From Chitinophagales bacterium (GTDB lineage Bacteria; Bacteroidota; Bacteroidia; Chitinophagales; CAIOSU01): DNA of 64,000 nucleotides. The translations under genes and the position numbers were made by a program. Below are positions 27,421-34,662 of the stretch, piece by piece. Under the pieces are notes generated by a model, which saw nothing but the letters and a program-made list of their open reading frames with translations, did not search any database and was not told the origin of the DNA. Location: NCBI GenBank assembly GCA_034440455.1, contig JAWXCB010000008.1:66442-130441 (forward strand), written 5' to 3'. Each line of letters starts with the position of its first letter. Within the stretch, counting starts at the first letter, position 1.

Positions 27421-27423
27421 AAT

Positions 27424-27792
27424 ATGAAATCACTCGACCCCCGAATCAACCGCATCACAACTCCCGACAACATTGAGCCGGTGAAGGAGCATGAATACTG
27501 GCAGACGTACGAAGTGTTTCATCAGGATAAACGCGGAAATCATCATGAGCATGTAGGCTCGGTTCATGCGCCCAATAAAGAGATAGCGCTGCTGTTTGCC
27601 AAAGAACAATTTGCGCGGAGGAAACGCTGTGTGAACTTATGGGTGGTGAAGACAGCCGATATTTTCGCAACGCAACTGGAAGATGAAGACATGTTTTACA
27701 CCACACCTGAAAAAACGCATCGCGAAGCGGCAGGATATAAAGTGAGCGATAAAATTTCAAAGTTCAAAGCGAGTTTGAAGTCTAAAGTCTAA
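27424..27792 (+). CDS. paaB: 1,2-phenylacetyl-CoA epoxidase subunit B
   Basis: 122 aa. YEVFHQDKRG..HEHVGSVHAP ... LWVV matches the PaaB pattern. Position in the paa operon agrees. Confidence 0.85.
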   Translation: MKSLDPRINRITTPDNIEPVKEHEYWQTYEVFHQDKRGNHHEHVGSVHAPNKEIALLFAKEQFARRKRCVNLWVVKTADIFATQLEDEDMFYTTPEKTHREAAGYKVSDKISKFKASLKSKV

Positions 27793-27854
27793 GGTTTGAA
27801 GTTGGCGCTAATGCAATGACAGATATTTCTAAAAAATAAAAAGATACCCTCTTG

Positions 27855-27892
27855 TCTCCCCTCTCCATTGGAGAGGGGGCGGGGGTGAGGCT
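27855..27892 (+). repeat. class-1 GC-rich hairpin repeat
   Basis: CCCCTCTC-cattg-GAGAGGGG followed by GCGGGGGTGAGGCT, ending 5 nt before the paaC ATG. Confidence 0.8.
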
Positions 27893-27897
27893 AAACA

Positions 27898-28650
27898 ATG
27901 AAAGAAGCAATCAAAGACCTCTTATTCAAAATGGCGGATGATGCGCTCATCCTTGGGCATCGCAATTCCGAGTGGACGGGCTTGGGACCAATGCTCGAAG
28001 AAGACATTGCCTTTTCATCTATGGCACAAGATAAAATAGGACATGCGAACGCGCTTTATTCAATTTTGAATGAAGAATACGGAGAGGCAACTCCTAATAA
28101 ACTGGCGTATGAACGAAGCGAAAAAGATTTTAAATGTTGTCACTTCGTTGAGCTTCCTATTGGTGAATACGATTTCAGCCTCACGCGCCACTTCTTTTTT
28201 GACCATGCTGAAATTTGCCGCTACAAATTGCTGGAGCAATCAAGTGAAAAACGCATTGCAGCGCTTGCAAAAAAAATTCATGGCGAATTAAAATATCATG
28301 TGCTTCATGCTGATACATGGATGAAGAAACTTGCAATGGCTAATGAAGAAAGCCGTTCAAGAATGCTGAATGCTGTGAAAGAATGCTATCCATTCGCACT
28401 TGGCATTTTTGAAAAGAGCAAATGGGAAAACGAGTTAATCAAGAAAAATGTTTTTGCCGGTGAAGAAACATTACAGAACGAATGGCTGAAAAGTATGCAG
28501 CCCGTGTTGGATGCCGCTGAAATAAAACTGCCAACTAAAAAAGTTGAGCCTGTTTATGGCGGAAGAAACGGATTTCACACAGAACATCTGAAACCCTTGC
28601 TGGATGAAATGACTGAAGTATATCGCTTAGAGCCGAATGCGGAGTGGTGA
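27898..28650 (+). CDS. paaC: 1,2-phenylacetyl-CoA epoxidase subunit C
   Basis: 250 aa, ferritin-like. MADDALILGHRNSEWTG ... AQDKIGHANALY is typical of PaaC. Confidence 0.85.
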   Translation: MKEAIKDLLFKMADDALILGHRNSEWTGLGPMLEEDIAFSSMAQDKIGHANALYSILNEEYGEATPNKLAYERSEKDFKCCHFVELPIGEYDFSLTRHFFFDHAEICRYKLLEQSSEKRIAALAKKIHGELKYHVLHADTWMKKLAMANEESRSRMLNAVKECYPFALGIFEKSKWENELIKKNVFAGEETLQNEWLKSMQPVLDAAEIKLPTKKVEPVYGGRNGFHTEHLKPLLDEMTEVYRLEPNAEW

Positions 28651-28659
28651 GAAGCGCAG

Positions 28660-28732
28660 GTCACAGTGAGCGAAGTCGAACTGTAGCAGCGCGGGCAATC
28701 GCTCAATCCTTCGACTTCGCTCAGGATGACAA
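28660..28732. repeat. inverted pair of class-2 hairpin repeats (core TGAGCGAAGTCGAA)
   Basis: 28660-28686 is GTCACAGTGAGCGAAGTCGAACTGTAG. The reverse complement of 28706-28732 is TTGTCATCCTGAGCGAAGTCGAAGGAT. The GAGCGAAGTCGAA cores (28668-28680 / 28710-28722) are perfectly complementary. Confidence 0.8.
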
Positions 28733-28752
28733 CCGCACACTCTTAAAGAAGT

Positions 28753-29235
28753 ATGGTACTTACAACTAAAGAAGATATTCTTGAAGCGCTTCACAAAGTG
28801 AAAGACCCCGAAATCCCTGTCATCTCGGTGGTGGATTTGGGGATTATCACTGATGTAAAAGTGGATGGAAATTCTGCGCGCGTGACGATGGCTCCAACCT
28901 TTGTGGGCTGCCCTGCGGTTGACTACATGCGCGCGCAAATCAAAAAGAAAGTAGAGGAACTTGGTTTTGAAAAAGTGGAAGTGATTGTTGACCGCGAATA
29001 TAAATGGAGCACCAACGACATCTCGGAAAAAGGAAAACAACTGCTGAAAGATTTTCGACTTGCGCCACCGCCAAACATTACAGGCGAGTTAGACCTGAGT
29101 AATTTACAGGCAGCCTGTCCGCACTGTGGCAGCAAAAACACTACACTCAATTCGCCTTTCGGCTCCACGCTGTGCCGCGCGATGTATCTGTGTAAGGATT
29201 GTAAACTTTCGTTTGAGCAGTTTAAGCCGAAGTGA
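28753..29235 (+). CDS. paaD: 1,2-phenylacetyl-CoA epoxidase subunit D (DUF59/MIP18 domain + zinc ribbon)
   Basis: 160 aa with VKDPEIPVISVVDLG and a C-terminal CPHCGS ... CKDC motif. Last gene of the paaABCD block. Confidence 0.85.
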   Translation: MVLTTKEDILEALHKVKDPEIPVISVVDLGIITDVKVDGNSARVTMAPTFVGCPAVDYMRAQIKKKVEELGFEKVEVIVDREYKWSTNDISEKGKQLLKDFRLAPPPNITGELDLSNLQAACPHCGSKNTTLNSPFGSTLCRAMYLCKDCKLSFEQFKPK

Positions 29236-29237
29236 TT

Positions 29238-29861
29238 TTACACCGCCATGCTGCTCGCCACTTGCGATGCCCCCGACATCTCGCTGCCGCGCACTGAGAA
29301 AATTCTAAAACTGTAAATCGTTCCCAGCTTAAAACCAGAGAGGATAATCTTCGATTTGGTGGTAACGCCTCCGAAACGTCAGGTGGGTGATTCAATAATA
29401 CTTTGGTCGGTAAACTCCACGAGATAGCTCATTCCTTTTGCGCCCTTCCAGCGCAGCTTCAATTGCCCCGACTTTCCTTTGATAAACGATAGCTTCGGAT
29501 TCGTGGGCGGCACTAATAGCGCAACGGGGCGCGGCTCAATTATTTTCCATCCGCCTTTTTCAAGCGCGATTTTATCACCGCTTGTCACATTCACTGCATA
29601 ACTTGAAAGCAGCTTCAACAGGTTTTCGAGAATCGTTTTTTTCTCTTGTCGTTTTCCCACCATCAGCCCGTCTCTTCGGGAAGCATTGCTAATGCTTTGG
29701 CGCAGTTCCGCCAGCGCGTTGCCCACAATTGATAAAGATGGATTTGGCGCGGGGTAGATGCCCGGCTCTGCCGCCATTTTCGACAGAGTTTCTTCCGCAC
29801 TTTCCGCCACTTCACTCGCGTTCATGCGGCTATAACCAAAACTGATGCGCACAATGCTCAT
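29238..29861 (-). pseudogene. FN3-domain paralog of 9055-9684 interrupted by one in-frame TGA (29379-29381)
   Basis: The 160-aa ORF ends at TGA. The same frame continues for 46 codons (RFGGVTTKSKIILSGFKLGTIYSFRIFSVRGSEMSGASQVASSMAV) to TAA at 29238. The extension aligns with the C-terminus of the paralog, and the TGA aligns with its Trp. Confidence 0.65.
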
Positions 29862-30022
29862 AGGTTGTGTTTAAATAAATGGGTTTACGGAAAACAAAGA
29901 AAAATTATTTCGGAATAATTTTCCTTGTGCTGAAAAAACAAAAATTCTCTTCGACATTTTTGAATAGCGGAGAGCAAATTTTATTCATCCGCAACATTAT
30001 TTAATCATGTGTAACAGTTGAA

Positions 30023-30141
30023 AATTGTTCTGAACTAATTTGAAATGCGCGGAACAAATCTGGTTTGTTGTGAGCAATCTTTAATTGTTCTGGACAATTT
30101 TAGATTGCGCGGGAGATTTGGGGATTGTGCGGGAGGAATAG
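30023..30141. repeat. degenerate direct repeat with 60-bp period (two 38-nt cores plus a partial third)
   Basis: 30023-30060 and 30083-30120 match at 27 of 38 positions by hand alignment. A partial third copy, GATTGTGCGGGAGGAATAG, lies at 30123-30141. Confidence 0.5.
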
Positions 30142-30321
30142 ATTAATCGAATCAGAATTCATACAGTGGTTAATCAAGAAATATCTGTTGTTGATAGATT
30201 TTCGTCAGTTGATTAACAAGGAGGGTTGTTAATCGGAGAGGGAGGTTTTTAACTAAGAAATAGGGAATGTTGGTTCAGAAGCATTCGCCTCTTAGAGAAA
30301 CTTTTTCTGGGTATTAAGAAT

Positions 30322-30960
30322 TTACCCGAGCAGTATAGTAAGTTCAGAAGAGGATTCCTCTATATTGCTTTCACTTACAGCTACGGGCTTTTCATACACC
30401 ACCCGTATCCTCGAAAACGGCAGCGGCACTTTCTTTTTATCCCAAGCGCCCAAGCGGAAGTAGTGCGTCAATTCAAAGCGAATCGGCACAATCGGAATGC
30501 CTGAATGTTTGCTCATTTGCAACACGCCCTGCTTTAAAATGTATGGAGGCCCTGCCGGACCATCAGGATTAATCATGGTGTTGTAACCTTGTTTCAAATG
30601 CTCCACCACTTGTAGCATTGCATCCCTGCCACCATGCCCGCTGGAGCCGAGAAACAATTTTTTCATCCCCATCCAACTGAGAATAATATGAATCGGCTTC
30701 ATAAACCACAGCGGGTGGTTAATCCACGCATAAGGCTCGCGATAGCGGATATATACCGCGAAATAAGGTAGCAGGTTTTCATGCCATGTTGCATAGATAT
30801 GGTTCTTGTGAGGCGCGGGATGTTCTTCGCCTTCTTTCTCAATGCGGCAAGTGAGAAAAATCAGCAGTTGTATCGAATAGAGAAGCGCAGCGGCTGTATA
30901 AGAATAGAGAAGAAAGAATGGCTTTAGAAAAAATGGGATATTATCAACGCGGTAGGGCAT
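30322..30960 (-). CDS. DUF374 / lysophospholipid-acyltransferase-like membrane protein
   Basis: 212 aa with an N-terminal TM segment plus WHENLL and NPDGPAGP motifs characteristic of DUF374. Confidence 0.65.
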   Translation of the reverse strand: MPYRVDNIPFFLKPFFLLYSYTAAALLYSIQLLIFLTCRIEKEGEEHPAPHKNHIYATWHENLLPYFAVYIRYREPYAWINHPLWFMKPIHIILSWMGMKKLFLGSSGHGGRDAMLQVVEHLKQGYNTMINPDGPAGPPYILKQGVLQMSKHSGIPIVPIRFELTHYFRLGAWDKKKVPLPFSRIRVVYEKPVAVSESNIEESSSELTILLG

Positions 30961-30965
30961 TGGTG

Positions 30966-31226
30966 TCAGAGGTTCACATTTTTCCTGTCACCGATTTTGC
31001 GAACCTCAATAACTTTCACAGAATCCTCAATGCTATAGATGACGCGATAATTTCCAACACGAATCCGCCAGAGGTATTCTTTCTCGCCTTTTAATTTTTT
31101 ACAACCGACAGGACACGGGTTATCGGATAAGTCGCTGATAGCCGCGCTGATTTTACGGGTTTCATTTGCAGGCAATCGCTCCAATTCTTTCAGCGCCTGC
31201 TTGCTAATGCGGATAGCATAGCTCAT
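30966..31226 (-). CDS. RelE/ParE-family type II toxin
   Basis: 86-aa core (LWRIRVGNYRVIYSIEDSVKVIEVRKIGDRKNV). The ATG at 31226 overlaps the upstream antitoxin stop as ATGA. Confidence 0.8.
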   Translation of the reverse strand: MSYAIRISKQALKELERLPANETRKISAAISDLSDNPCPVGCKKLKGEKEYLWRIRVGNYRVIYSIEDSVKVIEVRKIGDRKNVNL

Positions 31227-31417
31227 AATTTGCCTTTTTTCTTCAGGCGTTTTTTTGCTTCTTCCCAACTGAGCATCTCGTCTCCTTTCCGCGATTCTGC
31301 AACAAGCACATCAATGAATTCGTGAATTTCCTCTTCATTTTTTTGAATCGCATCCAAAGCAATTACAACTGCTTTTTTCTTGTTGTTCTCGTCAGTGATG
31401 TAAGAAATGCCCTTCAT
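31223..31417 (-). CDS. putative antitoxin partner of the RelE/ParE toxin
   Basis: 64-aa ORF with a 4-nt overlap onto the toxin start. No family recognised. Confidence 0.55.
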   Translation of the reverse strand: MKGISYITDENNKKKAVVIALDAIQKNEEEIHEFIDVLVAESRKGDEMLSWEEAKKRLKKKGKL

Positions 31418-31451
31418 GATTTTACTTTTTACAAAAGTAGGATTTAAAGAT

Positions 31452-33107
31452 TCACTTGAACATCACCACAGCATGATACTCCTGCATGAATTCAGCATGG
31501 TTGCGTTGCTTCTGCTCTTCATTCCATCCGAACAACACTCCTGCTTTTTCTTTCAGGAATTGATATTCCTGCTCCACCACTTCGCGCTCGAAATAAAGTT
31601 TGCCGGTGCGCCTGATAAAAAAATCACTGAGGTTGGTTACGGCTTCTTCCGCAATGCAATAATCTAATTCTGCAAGTAGCAATGCTTTATTGCTAAATCC
31701 GGTTGGCTGTTCTTTCACAGCTTTGATAATTTTTTCACAAGCCGTTCCGTAGCGGTGAATCAAATTGAAAATATCTTTCGTGGTGATGTCGGAAGGCTGC
31801 GTCATTTTTTCTATTTTCTCGGCAAAGCCCGCAATGGAATATTCATCTTTAAAATCACCGCCACCAAGAATGATTTTATCAGTGAAGCAGCGCTTGAACT
31901 CAAGACCTTCATCGCTGGCAATCTGGTAAGCAGCAGTATCCACCGCGCGTTCCGCCATTTTACGAAAACCGGTGAGCTTGCCGCCCGCCATAGAAATTAG
32001 TCCCGAAGGAGAAATAAAAATTTCATCCTTGCGTGAAAGCTCCGAAGGGTCTTTGCCTTCTTCATGAATCAGCGGACGCAAGCCCGCCCATGAAGAGGTA
32101 ATATCTTTTTTCGTGAGTTCTACGGTGGGAAACATCGAGTTCACGGCAGCAAGCAGATACGCAACATCTTCTTTTGCCGTGACGGGATTTTCAATGTCGC
32201 CATCGTAGTTGGTGTCGGTAGTGCCGATGTAGGTAATCTCTCCGCGCGGTATCACAAAAATCATTCTGCCGTCAGCGACATCGAAATACGCTGACTGTCG
32301 CACGGGCAATTTTTCATAAGGCACCACAAGATGCACACCTTTGGTGAGATGCAGAGTTTTTCCTTTCAGCGAATTGTCTTTTCTGCGCAACGCATCCACC
32401 CACGGACCGGCAGCATTAATCACCTTCTTCGCGCGAATACTGAATTTCTTTTTGTTGATAATATCTGTGACATCCGCTCCCGAAACTTTTCCTTCAGCAT
32501 ATAACAGGTCATCCACTTCTGTATAGTTAATACAGCGCGCACCATAGTGCGCAGCGGTTTTCAGTACTTCCAGCACAAGCCGCGCATCATCCGTTCGATA
32601 CTCTTTATAGATAGCTCCGCCTTTTATATTGTCACTCCTGAGCAGCGGTTCTTTTTTAAGCGTAGCATATTTTGAAAGCATGTCCTTCCACTCGCTGAAA
32701 CGCACGCCCGCAAGCCAGTCATACACCGACAAGCCGATGGCGGTACTCGTTCTGCCGAGAGAGCCATTTTCGACAATGGGCAACAGCATGTTTTCAGAAA
32801 CAACAACGTGTGGCGCGTTGCGATGCAGGATAGCGCGCTCGCGTCCCACTTCTTTTACCAATGCAATTTCAAATTGCTTGAGGTAGCGCAACCCGCCATG
32901 AATCAGCTTGGTGGATTTACTGCTCGTGCCGGAAGCGAAATCTTTTTTCTCCACAAGCGCGACTTTCATGCCGCGTGAAGCCGCATCCAGCGCAATGCCT
33001 GCGCCCGTGATGCCGCCCCCGATAACGAGCAGGTCGAAGCCCTGCTTGCTGAGTTGCTCAATGGTAGAATCGCGTTGAAAAGTGGAAAGAATCTGTTTGT
33101 TTACCAC
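31452..33107 (-). CDS. glpD: FAD-dependent glycerol-3-phosphate dehydrogenase
   Basis: FDLLVIGGGITGAGIALDAASRGMKVALVEKKDFASGTSSKSTKLIHGGLRY is the GlpD N-terminus. Start placed at the GTG at 33107, because the longer ORF to 33254 overlaps the GIY-YIG gene and a repeat element. Confidence 0.9.
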   Translation of the reverse strand: MVNKQILSTFQRDSTIEQLSKQGFDLLVIGGGITGAGIALDAASRGMKVALVEKKDFASGTSSKSTKLIHGGLRYLKQFEIALVKEVGRERAILHRNAPHVVVSENMLLPIVENGSLGRTSTAIGLSVYDWLAGVRFSEWKDMLSKYATLKKEPLLRSDNIKGGAIYKEYRTDDARLVLEVLKTAAHYGARCINYTEVDDLLYAEGKVSGADVTDIINKKKFSIRAKKVINAAGPWVDALRRKDNSLKGKTLHLTKGVHLVVPYEKLPVRQSAYFDVADGRMIFVIPRGEITYIGTTDTNYDGDIENPVTAKEDVAYLLAAVNSMFPTVELTKKDITSSWAGLRPLIHEEGKDPSELSRKDEIFISPSGLISMAGGKLTGFRKMAERAVDTAAYQIASDEGLEFKRCFTDKIILGGGDFKDEYSIAGFAEKIEKMTQPSDITTKDIFNLIHRYGTACEKIIKAVKEQPTGFSNKALLLAELDYCIAEEAVTNLSDFFIRRTGKLYFEREVVEQEYQFLKEKAGVLFGWNEEQKQRNHAEFMQEYHAVVMFK

Positions 33108-33109
33108 AA

Positions 33110-33502
33110 TTAAAATTGGTTTCGATGCTCTGTATTTGTCATGGTGAGCGAAGTCGAACCATGTCTTTTTGAGGAAGCGTTTATTTTGTTTTTTGAATAA
33201 TACTTGTGGGATGTAAAATTCTTGCAGACTGCCAATTCTTTTAATCTCGACCAATTCCGCTGAATCAACGCTTCTTTCTTTTTTCTTGTCCAGCCTTTGA
33301 TTTGTTTTTCTAATTCAATTGCTTCGTTCGGATTATTCAGCATTTCACAAAAAACCAATTCAACAGGTCTTCGATGATAGATGTAGGCGTTTTCATCTTC
33401 ACCGGAATTATGTTCGGCAAGTCTTCTTTCAATATCATTTGTTACTCCAGTATAGTAACTCTGGTCGGCACATTTTACGATATAGACATACATCACTTTC
33501 AT
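33110..33502 (-). CDS. small GIY-YIG nuclease-family protein (UPF0213/COG2827-like)
   Basis: The N-terminus YVYIVKCADQSYYTGVTNDIERRLAEHN carries the GIY...YTG motif, and IKGWTRKKKEALI is typical. The C-terminal 30 codons read through a hairpin repeat, so the true end is uncertain. Confidence 0.8.
   Translation of the reverse strand: MKVMYVYIVKCADQSYYTGVTNDIERRLAEHNSGEDENAYIYHRRPVELVFCEMLNNPNEAIELEKQIKGWTRKKKEALIQRNWSRLKELAVCKNFTSHKYYSKNKINASSKRHGSTSLTMTNTEHRNQF
33136..33163 (+). repeat. class-2 hairpin repeat TTGTCATGGTGAGCGAAGTCGAACCATG
   Basis: Stem CATGG/CCATG around the core TGAGCGAAGTCGAA. Inverted partner at 33526-33553. Confidence 0.85.
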
Positions 33503-33525
33503 AAAAAAGTATTACTTCTTGCGGA

Positions 33526-33553
33526 CAGCCTTCGACTTCGCTCAGGCTGACAA
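33526..33553 (-). repeat. class-2 hairpin repeat (reverse complement TTGTCAGCCTGAGCGAAGTCGAAGGCTG)
   Basis: Same TTGTCA head and 14-nt core as 33136-33163, with compensatory stem changes (CAGCC/GGCTG). Confidence 0.85.
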
Positions 33554-33625
33554 AAAACTGATTGCAAATTCAGAACGTATAATTGTAAGATTGAGATAAG
33601 TGAAGTTTCGAGCGCAAAAGTAATT

Positions 33626-34648
33626 CTACCACTTCACAATCACCTTCCCTACTGACTTTCTTGATTCTAAAAACTCATGCGCTTCGGCAAGTTGATTGGT
33701 GGTGTACACTGCTCCGGTGTGTGGTTTTACTATTCCTTGTCCGTGCAGCTTCACCACGTTTTGCAGGCAGCGTTGCAGAATATCCTGTTTATCATCCGCA
33801 ATGCGCAGCATGTTAATGCCGATGAGCGCTTTGGTTTGCATGATAAGCACAGGTGGAAACAGCAAACCGAAACCCCACGCGAGTTTGAGATTTGCAAGCA
33901 GTTTGTTGCTTTCATCCATCGCTTCGGCTGCGCCATAGCACACTAACCTTCCGCCCGTTCCCAATAGCGCGAGACCATCACGCATTGTTTTTCCCCCGAT
34001 AGAATTAAAGATTACATCCGGTCTTTTCCCGTTCATGATTTTTTTCACAGCCTGATGCAAATCTTCTTTACGGTAATTAATCGGGTAATCTACTCCAAGT
34101 TTTCGCAGGTAATCCAATTTTTCATCTGAGCCTGCTCCGCCATAAATAATACACTTCCTGTTTTTGGCAAGTTGGATTAATGCAGTTCCCACACCACCCG
34201 CTGCGGCTTGTATCACAACATGGTCGCCTTCATTCAGGCGCACCATCTCTTCGGCTGCATAATAAGCAGTACAATATTGCGTGGCAAGCGCGGCTGCTTC
34301 GCCTGCTTCCATATTTTCGGAAATCGGCACAACGCCTTTCGCATCTGATGCAACTTGTGTGGCATATCCGCCAAAGCGCGTGAACGCAACCACACGCTGT
34401 CCGATTTGCAGATGCGTTACATTGCTTCCAAGTTTTGAAATATTACCGACAGCATCATAGCCGATTACGCAGGGAAGTGGCGGGCAATCCTGGTATTTGC
34501 CGGTGCGCGCAACCACGTCTGCGAAGTTCAGTCCGAATGCTTCCACATCAACCACCACTTCATGCGGCTTAGGTTGCAGGTCGGGAAATTCTTTCAGCGC
34601 AAAGGCTTCTTTGGCGGAACCAAAGCGGGTAAGTTGGAATGCTTTCAT
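33626..34648 (-). CDS. zinc-type alcohol dehydrogenase-like / NADPH:quinone oxidoreductase (MDR superfamily)
   Basis: 340 aa with a GroES-like N-terminal domain and Rossmann motif AAAGGVGTALIQLAK. Confidence 0.8.
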   Translation of the reverse strand: MKAFQLTRFGSAKEAFALKEFPDLQPKPHEVVVDVEAFGLNFADVVARTGKYQDCPPLPCVIGYDAVGNISKLGSNVTHLQIGQRVVAFTRFGGYATQVASDAKGVVPISENMEAGEAAALATQYCTAYYAAEEMVRLNEGDHVVIQAAAGGVGTALIQLAKNRKCIIYGGAGSDEKLDYLRKLGVDYPINYRKEDLHQAVKKIMNGKRPDVIFNSIGGKTMRDGLALLGTGGRLVCYGAAEAMDESNKLLANLKLAWGFGLLFPPVLIMQTKALIGINMLRIADDKQDILQRCLQNVVKLHGQGIVKPHTGAVYTTNQLAEAHEFLESRKSVGKVIVKW

Positions 34649-34662
34649 AATAGGTGGCTTAA

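Noticed and set aside
33108-33254. 49-codon N-terminal extension of the glpD ORF (ORF-track start 33254)
   Set aside because: The extension overlaps the GIY-YIG gene in another frame and translates the hairpin repeat. The conserved FAD-binding N-terminus begins about 25 residues after the GTG at 33107.
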